This document shows positions 1 to 12,193 of a stretch of 64,000 bases of DNA, piece by piece. The DNA lies in assembly GCF_006345805.1 (NCBI RefSeq), contig NC_042997.1:156116001-156180000 (forward strand), in the 5' to 3' direction. Below the pieces are notes generated by a model, which saw only the letters and a list, made by a program, of their open reading frames with translations, was not told the DNA's origin and made no database searches. This DNA comes from Octopus sinensis (Eukaryota). Position 1 is the stretch's first letter. Every line of letters starts with the position of its first letter. A program made the translations under genes and the position numbers.

Positions 1-439
1 TCTTGAAAGAGAACCGAAATCCTGGGTTCACAGAAGCTTACTTAAAGCTGTGAGAAAATTTTTTCACATTTAGGTGTGAAAAGTAAATGTTTCTTTTTTG
101 CCTGTCAACATCTATGAAAACTGACACCAAATTACATTTGGTTACAAAACATGTCAGTTGGTGTTTTGATAATGTTTAGGGCTACATTGCAGCAAGCTCT
201 GCTCAACATTACTAAATATGGCAATGTTAATCGAAAGTGAATTTAATTTCAAACCTAAATGTTTTAAGTCCAAATCTTAGGTAGCTATCTGCTACATGTT
301 GATAGGTACTTGTCTTGTACTGAGACCTTTTATTTGTTGATAAGCAGTAATTCTTTTCCTTTATTGTGTTTAACTTTCATTTAGACCCTTTCTCATTTCT
401 GTCTATACCACAATTAATAATCGTTAACATTAAAAAGCA

Positions 440-2094
440 CCATTGACAAAGTATTTGGCTAAGAATAAACCATTGTGCTTGGTGTTTGTTGACTTGGAGA
501 AAGCTGTTGACAGAGCACCCTGCTGTGTGATATGATGGGCTCTAAGGAAACTAAGGGTAGCTGAGTACCTTGTGAAAGCTGTCCAGGCCATGTACAGAGT
601 TGAGAGTTAACCACGAGAATAATGATGAATTTAATGTGCAAGTTCATTAGGATTTGGTTCTCAGGCTTCTATTCATCATCAGCCTCCAAACCATAACAGA
701 GGAATTTAAGACTGACTGCCCATGGGAACTTCTATATACTGATGATCTTGTTCTCATAGCAGATTCTGTAACAGAACTATAAAACAAATTCCAGGTGTGG
801 AAGCAAAACCTAGGGTCAAAGGGTCTTAAGATTAACTTAGCAAAGACTAATATTTTAGTAAGCAAAAAATTGGACAGGACCCTGCTTCCATTAGGTAAAT
901 GGCCCCACTCAATACATAAGAAAGGTGTAAGTGAGAATTCCACATGGTGTACCCAGTGGAAGCTATGGAAACACGAAAAATACAGTGGCATGATAGGAAG
1001 GTTATCAGAGAAAGTAGTGTTTGTATGTGGAAGATGCACAGGAACCATAAAAACTACAGATAGGTAGGAAATTGATTTTCTCAAATACCCTGGCAGCTCT
1101 TTAGAGGTAGTGGATAATTTCTGTTACCTAGGGGATCTAATTAGCAGTGGAGGAGAATGTACAGAAAGTGTAATTGCTAGAATAAGACCGAAATGGAGAC
1201 AATTCAGAGAGCTTTTACTTCTGATGGCAACTAAAGTCTCTCTCTCTCTCTCTCTCTAAGTGAAAGGAAGATTGTATGATGCATGTGTACAAACAGTAAT
1301 ACTACACGGTAGTGAGACATGGGCCCTGAATGCAGATAACATGCAAAAACTAGAGAGGAATGAAGCTGGTATGCTTTGGTAGATGTGCACATGTGTGATA
1401 GAGTGCTAGCATGTTGAGAGAAAAGTTAGACATAAAAGGAATTAGATTCAATGTGTAAGAGAGCAGACTGTGCTGCTTTGGTCATGTGATGCATATGGAT
1501 GTAGACAGTTGTGTACAGAAGTGCTGATCACTTAAAGTGGATGGAACTCATAGAAGAGGGAGACCCATGAAGATATCATCATCATCATCATCATCGTTTA
1601 ACGTCCGCTTTCCATGCTAGCATGGGTTGGATGATTTGACTGAGGTCTGGTGAACCAGATGGCTGCACTAGGCTCCAATCTGATCTGGCAGAGTTTCTAC
1701 AGTTGGATGCCCTTCCTAATACCAACAACTCCAAGAGTGTAGTGGGTGCTTTTATGTGCCACCGGCATGAGGGCGAAGACATAGGATAAATTACTGAAGA
1801 CACTGAGCCTTATGAAGGAAATGACAAAGGACCAAAATATCTGACACATTACTGTATTCAAAAAGACTCACCCACCACGGCAGAATTGATACTGGTACTG
1901 GTGCCATGTAAAAAGTACTAATGCTGATGTCATGTAAAAAGCACCCAGTATACTCCATGAAGTGGTTGATATTAGGAAGGGCATCTAGCCATAGAAATCA
2001 TGTCAGAACAAACAATGGAGCTTGGTGCAGCCTCCAGCCTTATCAGCCCTTGTCAAGCCATCCAACCCATGCCAGCATAGAAAACAGATGCTAA

Positions 2095-2126
<32 letters not shown>
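440..2126 (+). mobile_element. Degenerate RTE-clade LINE (RT to 3' end, with (GAT)n tail)
   Basis: Translations LVFVDLEKAVDR..WALRKL, PWELLYTDDLVL, GLKINLAKT, FCYLGD, GSETW and GRP..KT match RTE ORF2 motifs. Many stops and frameshifts. 3' tail ends in (GAT)n at ~2095-2126. Confidence 0.88.
1576..1775 (-). mobile_element. RTE-tailed SINE/short retroposon nested in the RTE remnant
   Basis: (CAT)n followed by gtttaacgtccgctttccatgctagcatgggttgg, the reverse complement of the tail seen at 1885-2126, 16403-16686 and 57440-57860. It interrupts the RTE 3' coding region (gaagat / gaagac flanks). Confidence 0.85.
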
Positions 2127-2127
<1 letters not shown>

Positions 2128-2365
2128 GTTGTGATCACTCCAACTAGCAAAGGAACACTCTGCCAAAAACTATATATAAAAACCAGAAAAACAAAAGTAA
2201 ACCACAGTCTCATGTCTACTAGTATACCAAAACTTTGAAGTCACTGTCAACCTTTTCTTTGTCAAAATCAATATACATCCTATTAAAAAGTATTGAATAA
2301 TCCTTCAATTTGATGTTAAATTGTTTTTATATATAACTTCACAAAAAACCCCCCCAAATATTAAT

Positions 2366-2366
<1 letters not shown>

Positions 2367-2460
<94 letters not shown>
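2367..2460. repeat. (TCTA)n microsatellite
   Basis: Perfect tetranucleotide array. Confidence 0.97.
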
Positions 2461-2499
2461 ACTATATGCATGTATGTATGTATGTATGTATATATGTAT

Positions 2500-3449
2500 A
2501 TGATGGCCGCCCACTCGTGACCAAGGAAGACCATTGCTGACCTTCAGGAACATTGTGCGCTCTAGGACTAACTTATATTTTGCATTTGCGGCTCCATTGG
2601 TGGCTAATGAGCCCTGCTCTTGACAAGCACACACAACTGCAAACATTGCAGACCAAGCTTTCCCCATTCACTATACGAGCCGTGCGCTTTCGCACAGCTC
2701 GCCTAAGTTCTTCATGCTGGATACGTGCTCTCTCAAAAGAGTCGATCCCCTCCTTAACCTGCTTCCTCCATCTGTGGCGATGACAGGCATTGTTCTCCCA
2801 GTCAGTGTCCTGCATATCAAAGGCCTTTAACGAGGACTTAACACAGTCCTTAAATTGCAGCCTTGGTTTCTGCCAGAGTCTCCTTCCATTCACAAGTTCT
2901 CCATAGAGCATCTGCAAGGAATCCTTCTATCCTCCATTCTAATAAGGTGTTCAGTCCAATGCAACCGGTGCTTGTGTACCATCGCCTCAATACTCAAGAT
3001 ATCAGCTGTCCTCAGGATCTGTGTGTCTGGAATTTTTGAGGTCCAGCCAACATTGAGAATGTGTCTGAGAAAACGTTCAAGGACCCTTACCTGACGTTTA
3101 TACAGAGTCCATGTCTCACATGAGTAGAGAAGCACTGTCAGTACACAAGCATGGTACACAGCAACTTTTGTTCTCCTTGAGATGCCATGTTGGGACCAGA
3201 CACGAGACTGAAGAGACCGGAAGGAATTTGTTGCTCTCTGCAACCTGAAAGATATTTCCTCATCCAGGGAGCAAGAACGGCTGAGTGTGCTGCCCAGGTA
3301 GACAAACTTGTCTACTACCTTCAGAATTGTTCCTTCAACCAAGATAGCTGTTCTATATATGGATTTCCTGGTGCAGGCTGGAACATTACAACAGTCTTGT
3401 CCAGGCTAATGCTGAGTCCAAATGCCCTGCAAGAAGCAGAAATGCAATT
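2500..3449 (-). mobile_element. 5'-truncated RTE/BovB-like LINE (ORF2 C-terminus and 3' UTR)
   Basis: ORFs 2890-3342 and 2573-2917: VDKFVYLGS, RRTKVAVYHACVLTVLLYSCETW, LYGEL..G.R...KPRLQFKDCVK, and terminal C..C....SRAGLISH. Confidence 0.9.
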
Positions 3450-3500
3450 CATTAGCCTGGACAAGACTGTTGCAATGTTCCAGCCTGCACCAGGAAATCC
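3361..3500. repeat. 51-bp fold-back inverted repeat at the LINE 5' junction
   Basis: 3361-3411 (ggatttcctggtgcaggctgg...ggctaatg) is the reverse complement of 3450-3500 with 1 mismatch; 38-nt loop. Confidence 0.95.
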
Positions 3501-5199
3501 TGCTCATATATGTATATATATGTATATCTACACACACAAACACACACACACACTCACACACATACAAATATATATACACACACAAACACACATACATATA
3601 TAGACATACACACACTTGCACATACATACACATACATATACACACACTATCACATAAATTGTATGTATTGTGTGCATATATGAGTGTTCTGTTTACTTTC
3701 ATCAAACCATTTTAGTTTGAATAATATAAAATTTATTTTCCTTGTCTATTTGTCTCTTTTACAAGTTATAATATTCCAAATAAAATTTATGAGACAAGAA
3801 TATCATATCAATCAAATTTACGTTAGTAAATGAGTCAAATGACTTCATTATACTTTTAGAATCATGGTTTCTGTCTAGTGTTTGTCATGTTCAGCTTAAA
3901 TAGCTTTCTCCTTAGTGTTTCAGTCGTGAATTCTGGATAATGACTCAAAATCAATATTACGCAAATAATAGACATTGAATAATGTTTGTAAAGTAATTTT
4001 AAATTCAAGGAATGCTTTTTTAAAAAATTTCATCTCACATATTAAAAAAATATATAGTAAACTACTTTTACTTAAACATGTGTGTTTGAGATCATTACTA
4101 CAAAGGTTCTGAAAATGTTGTTGCTTTTTTAGACTCATATTTTTTTTCCTACTCCATTGTCACTCTATGCTATGCTGTCTCTTGGAGGCATGAATGGTTA
4201 TCCATTCAAGACCTCTTGAATGGATATTTTATTTCTTTTAACATATGGAAATTGTTGTAATGTATAGAAATTGTTGTTTATCATGCTATTCTTATTAGGG
4301 AAGATAAATTTAGATCCAACAGCACAACATAGTTTCCGAAAAGGTTATAGATTCCTTTCATGCAACTGTAATGTATATGGTTCATCCATAATGATTTTGG
4401 TCATACCTGAACATTTTAGCAAATGCTATAGATTAGAAGGTAAGTTCTCTCCAAGATTTGGTTTTTGCAGTTGTTAAGCCTCAGATCAATACCCTCTGAG
4501 CAGCCTTATAATCAAAAAGTGTTACAGCTGTAACCATTACAGTGTTTTCTTCTTTCGGAGGTAGAATAATCAGGTTACATCATCCAATATATCCTGTACT
4601 TTGAAGACGATAAGGTGTGAGTTGAGAGGGAAAGATTTGCTGCTATTTCTAGTATGTAGTATAAACCACATGGAGGTTTCCCTTATTGGTTTCTCCAAGT
4701 TCTGATTTTGTTTCTTCATCTTTTTCTTATGCCTTTGATAAAGGAGTAAACATTATATAATTTTCTTCCTCCACATCCTTTACAATATTTGTTTCCCTGG
4801 AAGATATCTAAATTTAAAGTCCAATACATAATTTAAACAACTTGAACTAGATTAGTGAATGGTAAGTTTAGTGTTGTTCTTTCAAGTGAGTTGGCTTATT
4901 TTATCTGATTAGATCTATATGATCTCAGTCAAATTGTATTACATAATTTGGCCAATGACACATCACGCAACTCAAGACAACTGACTGAAATTTAATTTGC
5001 CCAGCCATTTCTGGCTTTCTGTTTTATGAATATTATTATTATAGAATAGCTTCCAGAGCTACATTAATCTGACTTTCTCTTTATATGTTATAAGTCTAAG
5101 TTTATTGCGCAAGTTGTTCTGTCATATAAAATAAAATCTTTAGAATATTCTAAAGCTCTTTGTATGTTTTATACATTTGAGAGACAAAACCTGTTAATA

Positions 5200-5830
5200 A
5201 TGTTGACTCGTTCAAAATTTAAAAAAAGCAAAAAAAGCCTTTTGTTGTGCTGGAAAGCATATCATCAGCATAATATTGATTGTGTCCATTTTCAACTTGC
5301 TTGGTTATCTTTGGTGAGACAGCTTCACTTGGTAACGGATTCCAATCAGTGATAATCCTGTGTGTAAAGAAAGAATCCTGTTGCATTACTTGTGTGAATG
5401 GCTTCTTGTTGATGGCTGATAGAATTCTAAGATTTCCTGATTTTCACATTGATTTTGTTCTCCCATCTGTAAAGCATTGGAGGCAAATTAAATATGACCT
5501 CACATAACAGTCTCTTTTATGTTTTAATTGATTTGAGGATTTATTTATTTATCTTTTTTTTTGTAGATTTTCCATCAGAATTCTTGATGAAATATGGTCT
5601 CAAAATAATATTATTATATTCAAGGTGTGGTCTCACCACAGTTTTAAATAGAATTAGAAGGGCACTTTTTTGTCAGTCCTTGTAAATATTCTTTTTATCA
5701 TTTTAATTAAAAATAACTCTATCAGCTTTCTTAATAAACTTTAGCTGTGCAGTGTTTGTCGAAATTCAAATCCTTATCAAAATCATATCAATTTGATTAA
5801 TATGATATTCTTTTCTGATAAATTTTATCT
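5200..5830 (-). mobile_element. Old CR1-clade LINE fragment
   Basis: Minus-strand translations LILFKTVVRPHLEY and FTHRIITDWNPLPSEAV match CR1 ORF2 C-terminal motifs. Confidence 0.7.
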
Positions 5831-5879
5831 TTGACATAACTTGTAAAAGAGACAATTGTACAAAGAAAATATAATTTAT

Positions 5880-6307
5880 GACAATTGTGTAAAGAAGTGT
5901 TGATCTCTAATTGTGGAGGGAATCTGTTGAAGAGGTGGACCCAGGAAGACGTGGGATGAGGTGGTGAAATATGATCCTTGGCTTTTCAGTCTCATGAAGG
6001 TGATGACAAGAGACTGAAATTTCTGGCAATTTGCTGTGCTTGAGAAGACATGTCAAGCTATGTAAAATCATGGTCATGGCTTGTGCTAGTGATGCATGAA
6101 AGGCATCCATGCCGGTGATGTGTCAAAGACACCCATTACACTCTGTAAAGTGATTGACGTTAGGAAGGGCATTCAGCCACAGAAACCAGGCCAAAATAGA
6201 CAACTGGAGCCTAGTGCAGTTCTATGGCTTATCAGCTCTGGTCAAACCATCTAACCCATGTCAGCATTGAAAATGGATGTTAAATGATGAAGATGATGAT
6301 GATGATG
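5880..6307 (+). mobile_element. RTE LINE 3' end with (GAT)n tail
   Basis: RGGPRKTWDEVVK...AVLEKT followed by the common RTE-type tail and (GAT)n. Confidence 0.8.
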
Positions 6308-6311
6308 TATA

Positions 6312-6460
6312 AGCATGGTTGTATGGTTAAGAAGTTCACTTTGCAACCATGTTGTTTCAAGTACAGTCCTACTGTACAACATCTCAGGCATCATCTCTTA
6401 TAGCTCTGGGCTGATTAATGCCTTGTGAACAAATTTAGTAGATGGAAACTGTGTGGAAGC

Positions 6461-6505
<45 letters not shown>

Positions 6506-6770
6506 TATATATATATTTATATACACACATATATATATGCATACTTGTAAGTGTGTGTGTGTCTTTATGTTTGTGTTTTTACCCTCATCATTGCTTGACA
6601 ACTGGTGTTAGTTTGTTTATGCTCCATAACTTAGTGGTTCAGCAAGAGAGATGGATAGAATAAATACCAGACTTAAATAAATAAATACTGGGGTGAAACT
6701 GTTTGGCTAAACCTGCCAAGACAGTGCCCCAGCATGGTCACAGTCCATCGGTCAGTAGAAAAGTTATGGG
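6312..6770 (+). mobile_element. tRNA-derived SINE with internal microsatellite and CR1-like tail
   Basis: A/B-box-like head (gcatggttgtatggttaagaag...gtacagtcc), internal (TA)/(TG) array, tail gtgccccagcatggtcacagtc. Same family as 27241-27643 and 41942-42345. Confidence 0.75.
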
Positions 6771-6914
6771 AAAAGAAAAATTGAAGTGTTTTTTTCTAAA
6801 GATAATCAATTCTTCCTTCCATGTTACAAAATTTTTCTTCCCTCATTAGTTATGGTGACTGCTTCTTTTGCTAGAAACAGCACTTAAATCTTTTTTTGAT
6901 TTACTCTCAATGAA

Positions 6915-7115
6915 GGCAACAGCTGGCAGAATGGTTAGCATGCCAGACAAAATACTTAGTGGCATTTTGTCCATCTTTTTGCTCTGCAGGGGTTGACTTT
7001 GCCTCTCATCCTTTCATGGTTGATAAAATAAAGTACCTGTTAAATACTGGGGTCGATGTAATCGACTTATCCCACCCCCCAAATTGCTGGCCTTGTGCCA
7101 AAATTTGAAATCAAT
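6915..7115 (+). mobile_element. SINE family with gagctggcagaatcgttag head
   Basis: Head plus ttgactttgcctctcatcctttc...gataaaataaagtacc core. Other copies at ~12260, 38616, 46360, 48945(-), 49395(-), 56867(-) and 57883. Confidence 0.8.
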
Positions 7116-7699
7116 TTATACTCTATGAAAAAGGAAGGAGATAAACTAATATTTTATCTTTTAAGTAATTCAATTTGAAGGGTTCAGGTGAACAAATTGA
7201 CCCAAAGACTTACCTTTAAGTCTGGCCCTTATTCTGGTGGATTCTTTTGAAAACTGCTAGGTTATGGGGATGCAAACAAACCAACAAACGTCAGTGAGGA
7301 CAAACAGTAACACATACATATATATATACATGACAAATGCATTAGTTGGTAACCTGGGGGTGGGGTTTCTCCAAGTAAAACTGAACCTGAAATCATATAA
7401 GTGCTAAGCAAATGTCTTAACAACACAGCCATGCCTGCACCTAGCCAACTAGATGATTATAGACTGCCATCAGACCTAACCTGGGGTTAAACAAAAGCTT
7501 AATACTTGGTATTTCTCTCAATTCAAGCAGTTGTAAAGCTGTATCTTTTATCTTTTACTTGAAGAATTTTTTGTTAAATGAATTGCCTTCATTACTTAAT
7601 TTCTGTTAAGCCTGGTAATTATTCTATCAGTCTCTTTGCTGAACTGCTAAGTTACAGAAATGTAAAAACACCAACACTGATTGTCAATTGGTGGTAGGG

Positions 7700-7731
<32 letters not shown>

Positions 7732-7867
7732 GAGGGCATTATACATACATGTCAGGAAGCATTGTATATACATGCCAAACGCTAAGAGGGACAATCAGTC
7801 ATTTCTACCAAAAATATTACTAATCCCACCGAATGCAATTTTTCAAAGTAAGACATTTAAAAATATA

Positions 7868-7913
7868 GACCTGTATCACAGTGATTTCATACTTACGTAA
7901 TCATCAGCAGGCC
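7868..7913 (-). ncRNA. Type I hammerhead ribozyme, copy 1
   Basis: Minus strand: ggcctg CTGATGA t-tac(gtaa)gta-t GAAA tcac(t)gtga TA caggtc. Stem I 6 bp, canonical core, stem II with GNRA loop, palindromic stem III, AUA cleavage triplet. Confidence 0.85.
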
Positions 7914-8341
7914 TGAATGTATTATAAATAAACAACGACCCTGCCCGCTTAGCCGATCAGCTAACTGATCACATCAACGAAGCACATGGGTGAGTTTATA
8001 TATATTACATCCGGGTAAATGGTAAACTTTTACGAATTGCATTTCGGGAGAGGAAAATTTTTTCGGAATAAAAATTTAGCAATAAGGACAACTACTTAAT
8101 AAGGAAAACTTAACAAGAAATTGTCAGGTAGATAGCGTAAAAACCTCATAAGAGAAAAAATTTCGAAAATAATTATTTCTTATTGAACATATTAATTTAT
8201 ATATAGAGGGCATTATACATACATGTCAGGAGGCATTGTATATACATGCCAAACGCTAAGAGGGACAATCAGTCATTTCTACCAAAAATATTACTAATCC
8301 CACCGAATGCAATTTTTCAAAGTAAGACATTTAAAAATATA

Positions 8342-8387
8342 GACCTGTATCACAGTGATTTCATACTTACGTAATCATCAGCAGGCC
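8342..8387 (-). ncRNA. Type I hammerhead ribozyme, copy 2
   Basis: Identical to 7868-7913, 474 bp away. Confidence 0.85.
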
Positions 8388-8676
8388 TGAATGTATTATA
8401 AATAAACAACGACCGCCTCGCTTAAGCCGATCAGCTAACTGATCAACATCAACGAAGCACATGGGTGAGTTTATATATATTACATCCGGGTAAATGGTAA
8501 ACTTTTACGAATTGCATTTCGGGAGAGGAAAAGTTTTTTCGGAATAAAAATTTAGCAATTAAGGACAACTACTTAATAAGGAAAACTTAACAAGAAATGT
8601 CAGGTAGATATATATATATATATATATATATACATACATACATACACCACACACACACACACCACACACACACACA

Positions 8677-8724
<48 letters not shown>

Positions 8725-8754
8725 TTTATTTTTTTAAATTTTTATTTTTTAAAA

Positions 8755-9800
8755 TTTTTATCTAGTTTCAGCTCACAAGCTATGGCCATGCTGGGGCACC
8801 GCCATTTGGTGTTGCTACATGATTTTACTTCACGAATGCTTTTTAGCAATTGCCATTTGGTGCATGAGAGAGTTCGATGCAGCTGCCCTCATCTGCACCT
8901 CCTGCCGTGAAGTTGATTCATCTGGGACACCTGACAAGAAGAGATCCAGTTTTATATTAAAGACATCTGCATCCACCCCATGCAGGTCTCTTAGGTTCTT
9001 CGGGAGGATATTGAAGAGCTGTAGGCCTCGGAAGCCCAGGCTATCACAGTATCTTGTCCTACATCTTGATGGCAAATTTGGAGTCCTTGGCACTATGCAG
9101 TGGTGCCCAGTTCTGACATTTATGTAACTCTCGATGCCAAAGTTTGGGACAAGTCCTTCTAGGATCTTCCAGATGTATATTATGGCATATCTTTCTCGCC
9201 TACGCTCTAAGGAATAGAGTCTCAATCTCTTGAGTCTTTCCCAATAGCTTATATGCTGCACAGAGGCTATCTTCTTCGTGTAGCTTCGTTGGATCGCCTC
9301 AAGTTCTGTGATTAACTTGACACTGGATGGTGACCATAGCTGAGAGCAATAGTCAAAGTGGCTTAGGACAAGTGTCCTCCAGAGGACCATCATGTTTTCC
9401 TGGTCTCTTGTTCTAAAGGTTCTAAGAATCCATCCGGTCAGCCGCCTACATTTCATTGCCAATTTAGCAACATGCACATGAAAGGTTGCATCATCACTCA
9501 TGTAGATACCCAGGTCTCGCACTGACTGTGCCTCTGGGATTGCAATCCCTCCAGGTCCAGTGTATTTATTGGGTATTGCATTTAGTTTTGCATGCTGATA
9601 GCATAAAACTTGAAACTTTTCAGCATTGAACTGCATGCTATTCTTTTCAGCCCACTTGTATATTTTGTCCAGCTCAATTGCAGGTGCATAGAGTCTTCAG
9701 GGTTCTGTATTGCATGTGAAACTTTTGTATCTTCTGCATAACTTGTGATCGTGGCTCTCTGCGTGGCTGAGGGCATGTCTGAGAGGGCCATTATGAACAG
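8755..9800 (-). mobile_element. 5'-truncated CR1-clade LINE (RT C-terminus and 3' UTR), relatively young
   Basis: SYAEDTKV (YADD), then a 268-aa ORF at 8830-9636 with VRDLGI, SHFDYCSQLWSP, LEAIQR, SYWERLKRLRLYSLERRR. 3' UTR ggcggtgccccagcatggcc followed by an A-rich tail. Confidence 0.93.
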
Positions 9801-9973
9801 TATATATATATATATATTATATATATATATATATTACGGAGATGTACTCGCATAGCAAGTAATTTGATCTGAGATCGTGTGCTGAAACGAAAACAATTGC
9901 AGCGTGGAAGGTGTTTATAAGCCATTTAAGAACACACAAAAGCCGTTCGATTCACTTCAACATTTAAGTTTAA

Positions 9974-10023
9974 TTTGTCAAAATATTTTCGTCGCTAAAA
10001 TCCGCGACCTGTTTACTGACAAA
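9974..10023 (-). ncRNA. Hammerhead copy in the left palindrome arm (G5A, probably inactive)
   Basis: Reverse complement of 10058-10107 except the core reads GTAAACA. Confidence 0.6.
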
Positions 10024-10057
10024 GTCCGTGCTGCAAAGTCCGAGATGCAGCACGGAC

Positions 10058-10107
10058 TTTGTCAGTGAACAGGTCGCGGATTTTAGCGACGAAAATATTT
10101 TGACAAA
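10058..10107 (+). ncRNA. Minimal type I hammerhead, G3-C8 covariant core
   Basis: tttgtca GTGAACA g gtcgc(ggatttta)gcgac GAAA atat T T tgacaaa. 7-bp stem I, 5-bp stem II, palindromic loop III; the core C3-G8 pair is swapped to G3-C8. Confidence 0.75.
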
Positions 10108-10184
10108 TTAAACTTAAATGTTGAAGTGAATCGAACGGCTTTTGTGTGTTTCTTAAATGGCTTATAAACACCTTCCACGCTGCA

Positions 10185-10225
<41 letters not shown>

Positions 10226-10312
10226 GTTTGTGGGAATATTATTCCAAACTTACAGGGAAAAATTCAATTTAGAAATACTAAATCAAATTTCACAAAATAT
10301 AATATATATATA

Positions 10313-10546
10313 AGAAAAATCCACCTTTTATCAATTCAAAAGGAAAAATTAAATTACACCATCTAGGAAATTACATATAATAGAAATATTAAATATAAGA
10401 TAAAAAATTTATCTTATTTATTATTTTGCACATTACTTAATCATCGGTATATTTTTTATCTTATATTTAATATTTGTATTATATTTAATTTTCTAGATGG
10501 TGTAATTTAACTTTTCATTTTGAATTGATAAAAGGTGTTTTTTTCT
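10313..10546. repeat. AT-rich fold-back inverted repeat between TA arrays
   Basis: 10313-10408 is approximately the reverse complement of 10451-10546 (ccaccttttatcaattcaaaa...caccatctag / ctagatggtg...ttttgaattgataaaaggtg). Confidence 0.88.
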
Positions 10547-10589
10547 AATTTATATATATATATATATATATATATGCATACAAATATAT

Positions 10590-10738
10590 GAAAGGCTTCT
10601 TTCAGTTTCTGTCAATCAAATCCACTTACAAGGCTTTGGTTGGCCTGAGGTTATAGCAGAACACACTTGCAGTGGGACTGAACCAAGAACCATGTGGTTG
10701 GGAAGCAAGCTTCTTACCACACAACCACACCTGTACCT
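10590..10738 (-). mobile_element. tRNA-derived SINE head fragment
   Basis: gggactgaacc (B-box, reverse) and cttcttaccacacaaccac; same family as 27480-27643. Confidence 0.75.
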
Positions 10739-12079
10739 GTGTCATTATATAAGTTTCATGATTTGAAGATATCTTCATTTATTTAAAAGTCACTTACAAG
10801 ACCACTCCTATTACTGCATTCAAAATGAAATACATTTTCAAAGCGAACAATTTGTTATATTATAAAATGATTATTTTAAAGCCTATGATATAAAATAACT
10901 GTATGCAATTAATCGTGTTTTCTAAATTGAGACAAGAGATTATTTAAGGAAAGTGCGTGACAGAAATATTTCAGGCGTGAAAACAAAGAGATGATTTTGT
11001 TAGTAATTATGAAATGATGGATGTAAAAATTGAGTTCCAAGATCATTGTTATAGAATCATTTAATTGATAAGATAGCTAAAACAATATCTCTGATGTGCA
11101 AACAACTGTCATAAGCTATAAGAATAATAATTTAAATGCTGAGAAAAAGTAAATAACATATTTCTTGACTGAGTGAGCAAGAAATCATTAATGGCATAAA
11201 AGTTGTAATTTTTTTTTTTTTACATTTCCAACTTTTATTATCTTAAAAGTTTTTATTTTCATATTAGATCAAAGCTTTAGAAGAGTGTTTCTTTTTTGTA
11301 TTTTAGTTTAGTTTGTTATGTACTATTTGAACCCAATTTTGGGGAGTGACTTCACACTCACTAATTTTCATTTGATTATTAAATTCATCACCAGACCAGT
11401 CATCATTATCACCACCACCACCACCACCACCACCAAGAATTTTTATCTCTAGTGTTTACTACATTAGTTGAAAGAGAGAATATAACAGTGTAGTAAATTT
11501 CTATTTTCTAGTCTTCATTGGCTTTCAGTTTCTGTTACTTCTTCGTCTAATTCATACAACCTATTCTCATTACACATTCAAACCAATGTAGTCAACTTCC
11601 TTCTATATGACAGTATATATACATAATACACACACATTTTCTTGGCTCACCTGTACTTACTCACATTCTTAGATTCTCTTTAGAAAAATCTCAGCTCATT
11701 TTACTCAGATTTCTAGTTATCTTCTAACTTTGCTGTTCCTGTTTCTCTATAAAAATGCATCATGGTTTTGACACATCCACAGAGATAAAAACAAAACAAA
11801 AAAAAAACAAAACAAAAAACAAAAACAAACAAACATTTCTTTTCAGCAAGCACAGCACTTTGTTAAACACAGCATCATTTTTGACAGTAGCCAACAAATG
11901 CAAACATCGCAATTATTTCACAAATTCAGAGCATTGGGGCCTGCATAACCAAGTTCAGGAACATCTCTAGTAGCTGTCACACAGCTGAAATAATCCCTCA
12001 AGCAACATTCATGGGACAATGTATGTTAATGGACATCTGTTTGTGCTAATATTTACCAATATTATTATTTTAAACCTCA

Positions 12080-12112
12080 CTATTATTATTATTATTATTA
12101 ATATCATCATCA

Positions 12113-12192
<80 letters not shown>
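12080..12192. repeat. (TAT/TAA)n microsatellite
   Basis: Trinucleotide array; further arrays at 12733-12907, 14752-14817 and 15270-15340. Confidence 0.95.

Positions 12193-12193
<1 letters not shown>

Larger units (their letters stand above)
7721..8609 (-). mobile_element. Partial tandem (1.85 copies, 474-bp period) hammerhead-bearing element between (TA)n arrays; Penelope pLTR/retrozyme-like
   Basis: agagggcattatac at 7731 and 8205; units nearly identical; each carries a hammerhead on the minus strand; (TA)n on both flanks. Confidence 0.85.
9835..10189. mobile_element. Fold-back palindromic Penelope/retrozyme-like element in (TA)n
   Basis: Arms 9893-10035 and 10046-10189 are reverse complements (about 2 differences) with a 10-nt spacer; each arm has a hammerhead motif; (TA)n flanks. 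Confidence 0.88.

Noticed and set aside
2-73. Open frame LEREPKSWVHRSLLKAVRKFFHI* that could be the last exon of a host gene
   Set aside because: Only 23 codons, truncated by the window edge, no recognisable homology or splice acceptor; cannot be supported without upstream sequence.
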